Positions 61,661-64,000 of a stretch of 64,000 nucleotides of DNA are shown one piece after another. The notes beneath the pieces are model-generated. The model saw only the letters and a program-made list of their open reading frames with translations, was not told the DNA's origin and ran no database searches. Positions within the stretch are counted from its first letter, which is position 1. The number at the start of each line of letters is the position of its first letter. Location: contig CAVOKF010000001.1 of assembly GCA_963696385.1 (NCBI GenBank), positions 160,001-224,000 on the forward strand. The letters run 5' to 3'. The position numbers were made by a program, and so were the translations under genes. The DNA comes from an uncultured delta proteobacterium (GTDB lineage: Bacteria > Myxococcota_A > Polyangia > Polyangiales > Polyangiaceae).

Positions 61661-62986
61661 ATGGCGCCGATGTTCGTAATGGACGACTGGGTTTCTTCGG
61701 ACGTGCAGAGTGGCGAGCGCGCTCTGACAGACCGAGTCATTCCGGGTCCCGGTTCGATCGTCGGCGGCAGCTACCGCATCATCCGCCCTCTCGGAGCGGG
61801 CTCGATGGGCGTGGTCGTTCTCGCGCACGACGAGACGCTCGACCGCCCCGTCGCCATCAAGTTCACCCGCCCGAATTTCTTCGGCCCGAGCCTCCAAAAG
61901 TGTTTTCTCGACGAAGCTCGCGCGATGGCGCGGTTCAACCACCCGAATGTTCTGCAGGTCTACGGCCTCGGCGAACACGACGGAGCACCGTACATCGTCA
62001 TGGAATTCGTCGAAGGTCGTACGCTGGCGCAGTGGCTCGAGGAGCGTGACTCGCCTCCGGATTTGGAGATCGTATTTCGCATTCTTGACGACGTCTGTTT
62101 GGGCATGGCCGCGATTCATTTGCGCGACACCGTTCACCACGACCTCAAGCCCAGCAATATTCTTCTCGACGACCAGCTCCGAGCGCGAGTGGCGGACCTC
62201 GGGCTTGCGGCTCTCTGCCGACGAGACCGGCCGAGTCCGTCCGAACTCGTCGGCACCCCAGCCTACATGGCGCCGGAGATCGCATTTTCGAAAGGCTGCG
62301 ATCCTGCGTTGCGCTCGCGTGCCGACGTCTACTCGCTCGCTTGCCTCTCGTACGAGCTTTTTACGGGGCGCCCGCCTTTCGACGGAGCGGGGACCATGGG
62401 AATTCTGCTTCGGCACGCCATGGAGCCCGTCGTTCCACCGAGCGCATTTCGCGCCGGTCTCCCCGAGGCGCTGGATCGGGTGCTTCTCGACGCTCTGGCC
62501 AAGGACCCCCGGGAGCGGACTGCATCGGTCGAGACGTTTCGTTGCGACCTTCTCGCGTCGCATCGGGCAAGCCTCGACCCCAGGCGGATTCTGATTGCGG
62601 ACGACAATGACGCCTTTCGAGAAGGCCTGAAAGCCATCTTGGCTCAGGAGTTTCCGAATGCCGATTTCGAATGCGTGCCGGACGGCATCGCCGCCCTGGA
62701 AGCCTTCGAGCGGACTGTTCCCTCGATGGCCATTTTGGATCTTCAGATGCCCGGAATCGACGGCATGGCTCTCACCCAGCGTTTCCGCCAGCGCATTGGT
62801 TCTGCGGCGATGCCGATCGTCGTGTTGACCGCATCGGGAGGCCCCGACGAGTGGCGGCAGCTCGCGAAGATGGGTGCAGATGGCTTTTTGCTCAAGCCCG
62901 TGATTGCGGTCGACGTCGTCGCATTGGTGCGGCGCACTCTGCATGGGCGAACCAACGGCGCACCGCGCATGGTGGGATCCGAGTAG
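61661..62986 (+). CDS. Ser/Thr protein kinase with C-terminal receiver domain
   Basis: LGAGSMG, VAIK, HHDLKPSN, DLG, GTPAYMAPE; ILIADD..ILDLQMP..LTAS..KP. Confidence 0.9.
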   Translation: MAPMFVMDDWVSSDVQSGERALTDRVIPGPGSIVGGSYRIIRPLGAGSMGVVVLAHDETLDRPVAIKFTRPNFFGPSLQKCFLDEARAMARFNHPNVLQVYGLGEHDGAPYIVMEFVEGRTLAQWLEERDSPPDLEIVFRILDDVCLGMAAIHLRDTVHHDLKPSNILLDDQLRARVADLGLAALCRRDRPSPSELVGTPAYMAPEIAFSKGCDPALRSRADVYSLACLSYELFTGRPPFDGAGTMGILLRHAMEPVVPPSAFRAGLPEALDRVLLDALAKDPRERTASVETFRCDLLASHRASLDPRRILIADDNDAFREGLKAILAQEFPNADFECVPDGIAALEAFERTVPSMAILDLQMPGIDGMALTQRFRQRIGSAAMPIVVLTASGGPDEWRQLAKMGADGFLLKPVIAVDVVALVRRTLHGRTNGAPRMVGSE

Positions 62987-63202
62987 GGGGTGAGGGCACC
63001 CGAGGGACAGGCGCGGGCGGTCCTTTCGCTGCTCTTCGGGCGTCGGTCGCACGCCTAGCCCAATTCTAGCGGGCGCGGTCCGACCTCATGCGTTTGGCCA
63101 CTCCGGAAAGTAACCGAGCAGAGCCTCGTCGACGGTGGCTCCGAGGTTGTCCAAGTTGGCAATCCACACGCGCTCGCTGGTCATGAGCCAAAGCGGGAGT
63201 GG

Positions 63203-63217
63203 CGGCACGCCGCCTGC
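63203..63217 (+). promoter_or_regulatory. Putative sigma54 promoter
   Basis: CGGCACGCCGCCTGC. Confidence 0.55.
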
Positions 63218-63254
63218 AATCCGGCCGTCTCACGACATTCAACGGAGGAATTTC

Positions 63255-63404
63255 ATGCTGATGATCGTCTTGATCGTGGTTCTCTTGCTGGCGCTGGGCG
63301 GCGGAGGTTGGGCGCATAGTCGCTACGGATACGCCGGGTGGTCGCCCGCCGGGTTGATTTTGCTCCTAATCGCGATTCTTTGGTTTACGGGAAATCTGCG
63401 TTGA
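63255..63404 (+). CDS. DUF3309-like small membrane protein
   Basis: GGAGG RBS; IVLIVVLLLALGGGGW.HSRYGY..SP.GLILL. Confidence 0.75.
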   Translation: MLMIVLIVVLLLALGGGGWAHSRYGYAGWSPAGLILLLIAILWFTGNLR

Positions 63405-63685
63405 AGGTCGGTTCGGCGTCACTCCCATCCGTGCGAATTCACGACGCGTCGCTCGGCACGTGCGGGATTTCCACTCAGGATGCGGCTGGCGACTCCGGGG
63501 CCTCTCGATCCTTGCGTACAGCGTAGCGGTCGCGTGTGGGCGCAGAAGATGCGGGTACGGCGAGGGTGAGAGTCCCTGGGAGCGAGGCCGCGCCCACATG
63601 GCCGGGCGGGTCGGGTGCTGTGGCCTGTTTCTTGAACGTGGAGTGTCGAATGGGAACCGAAGTCGAGAACCATCGCCTTCTGGAC

Positions 63686-64000
63686 ATGAAACCACAGCGG
63701 CACGAGGCCAAGTCGCTCGCGCGTCACGGCGGAATCGGCCGGATTGTCGTCTGCTTGGATCACTCGTCGTTTTCGGACGCCGCGCTCGGGCATGCGATTT
63801 CCATCGCCAAGACGTTCGACAGCGCCATCACGCTCCTCTACGTGCTTCAGCCAGCCCACGAGACGGCGGTCCTGCACACGACGGACGCCTTCAGCTGGGA
63901 GATTGCGCGGAAAGAGGCGGGAGCCTACCTCGAGCAACTCCAGACGAAGACCGCCCAAGCCACCGGCCTGCAGGTCGACTGGCGGCTCGAGCAAGGTCAT
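63686..64000 (+). CDS. Universal stress protein, 3'-partial
   Basis: RIVVCLDHSSFSDAALGHAISIAKTFDSAITLLYV..RLEQGH; runs off the window. Confidence 0.8.
   Translation, partial: MKPQRHEAKSLARHGGIGRIVVCLDHSSFSDAALGHAISIAKTFDSAITLLYVLQPAHETAVLHTTDAFSWEIARKEAGAYLEQLQTKTAQATGLQVDWRLEQGH

Overview
High-GC bacterial DNA whose gene content (eukaryote-like Ser/Thr kinases, Bat operon, many lipoproteins) suggests a myxobacterium; this taxonomy is inference. The window is mostly a general-stress and carbon-storage region: 2 Usp genes, CsbD, GlsB/YeaQ, a multi-BON protein, 2 PRC-barrel proteins, DUF4142, slipin, PPK2, glycogen phosphorylase, tal-pgi, tpiA, gnd, zwf, an ABC exporter, MarC and an MFS transporter. 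It is heavily reworked by mobile DNA. An IS3 sits in an OmpA lipoprotein gene, an IS630 is intergenic, and an IS1634 is interrupted by a nested, unusually built IS66-type element (DUF4338 + tnpC convergent with tnpA-tnpB, 8-bp TSD). There are also IS5 and integrase remnants, several frameshifted or nonsense-interrupted genes, and a patchwork of internally duplicated fragments. Two observations stand out. (1) About 20 sigma54-like -24/-12 motifs lie just upstream of, and in the orientation of, most transcription units, suggesting a sigma54-driven general stress regulon. (2) The IS66 variant carries a DUF4338 protein with Mom/GNAT-like motifs inside its inverted repeats. No rRNA, tRNA or CRISPR array was seen. 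Family assignments come from motif recognition only; no database search was run.
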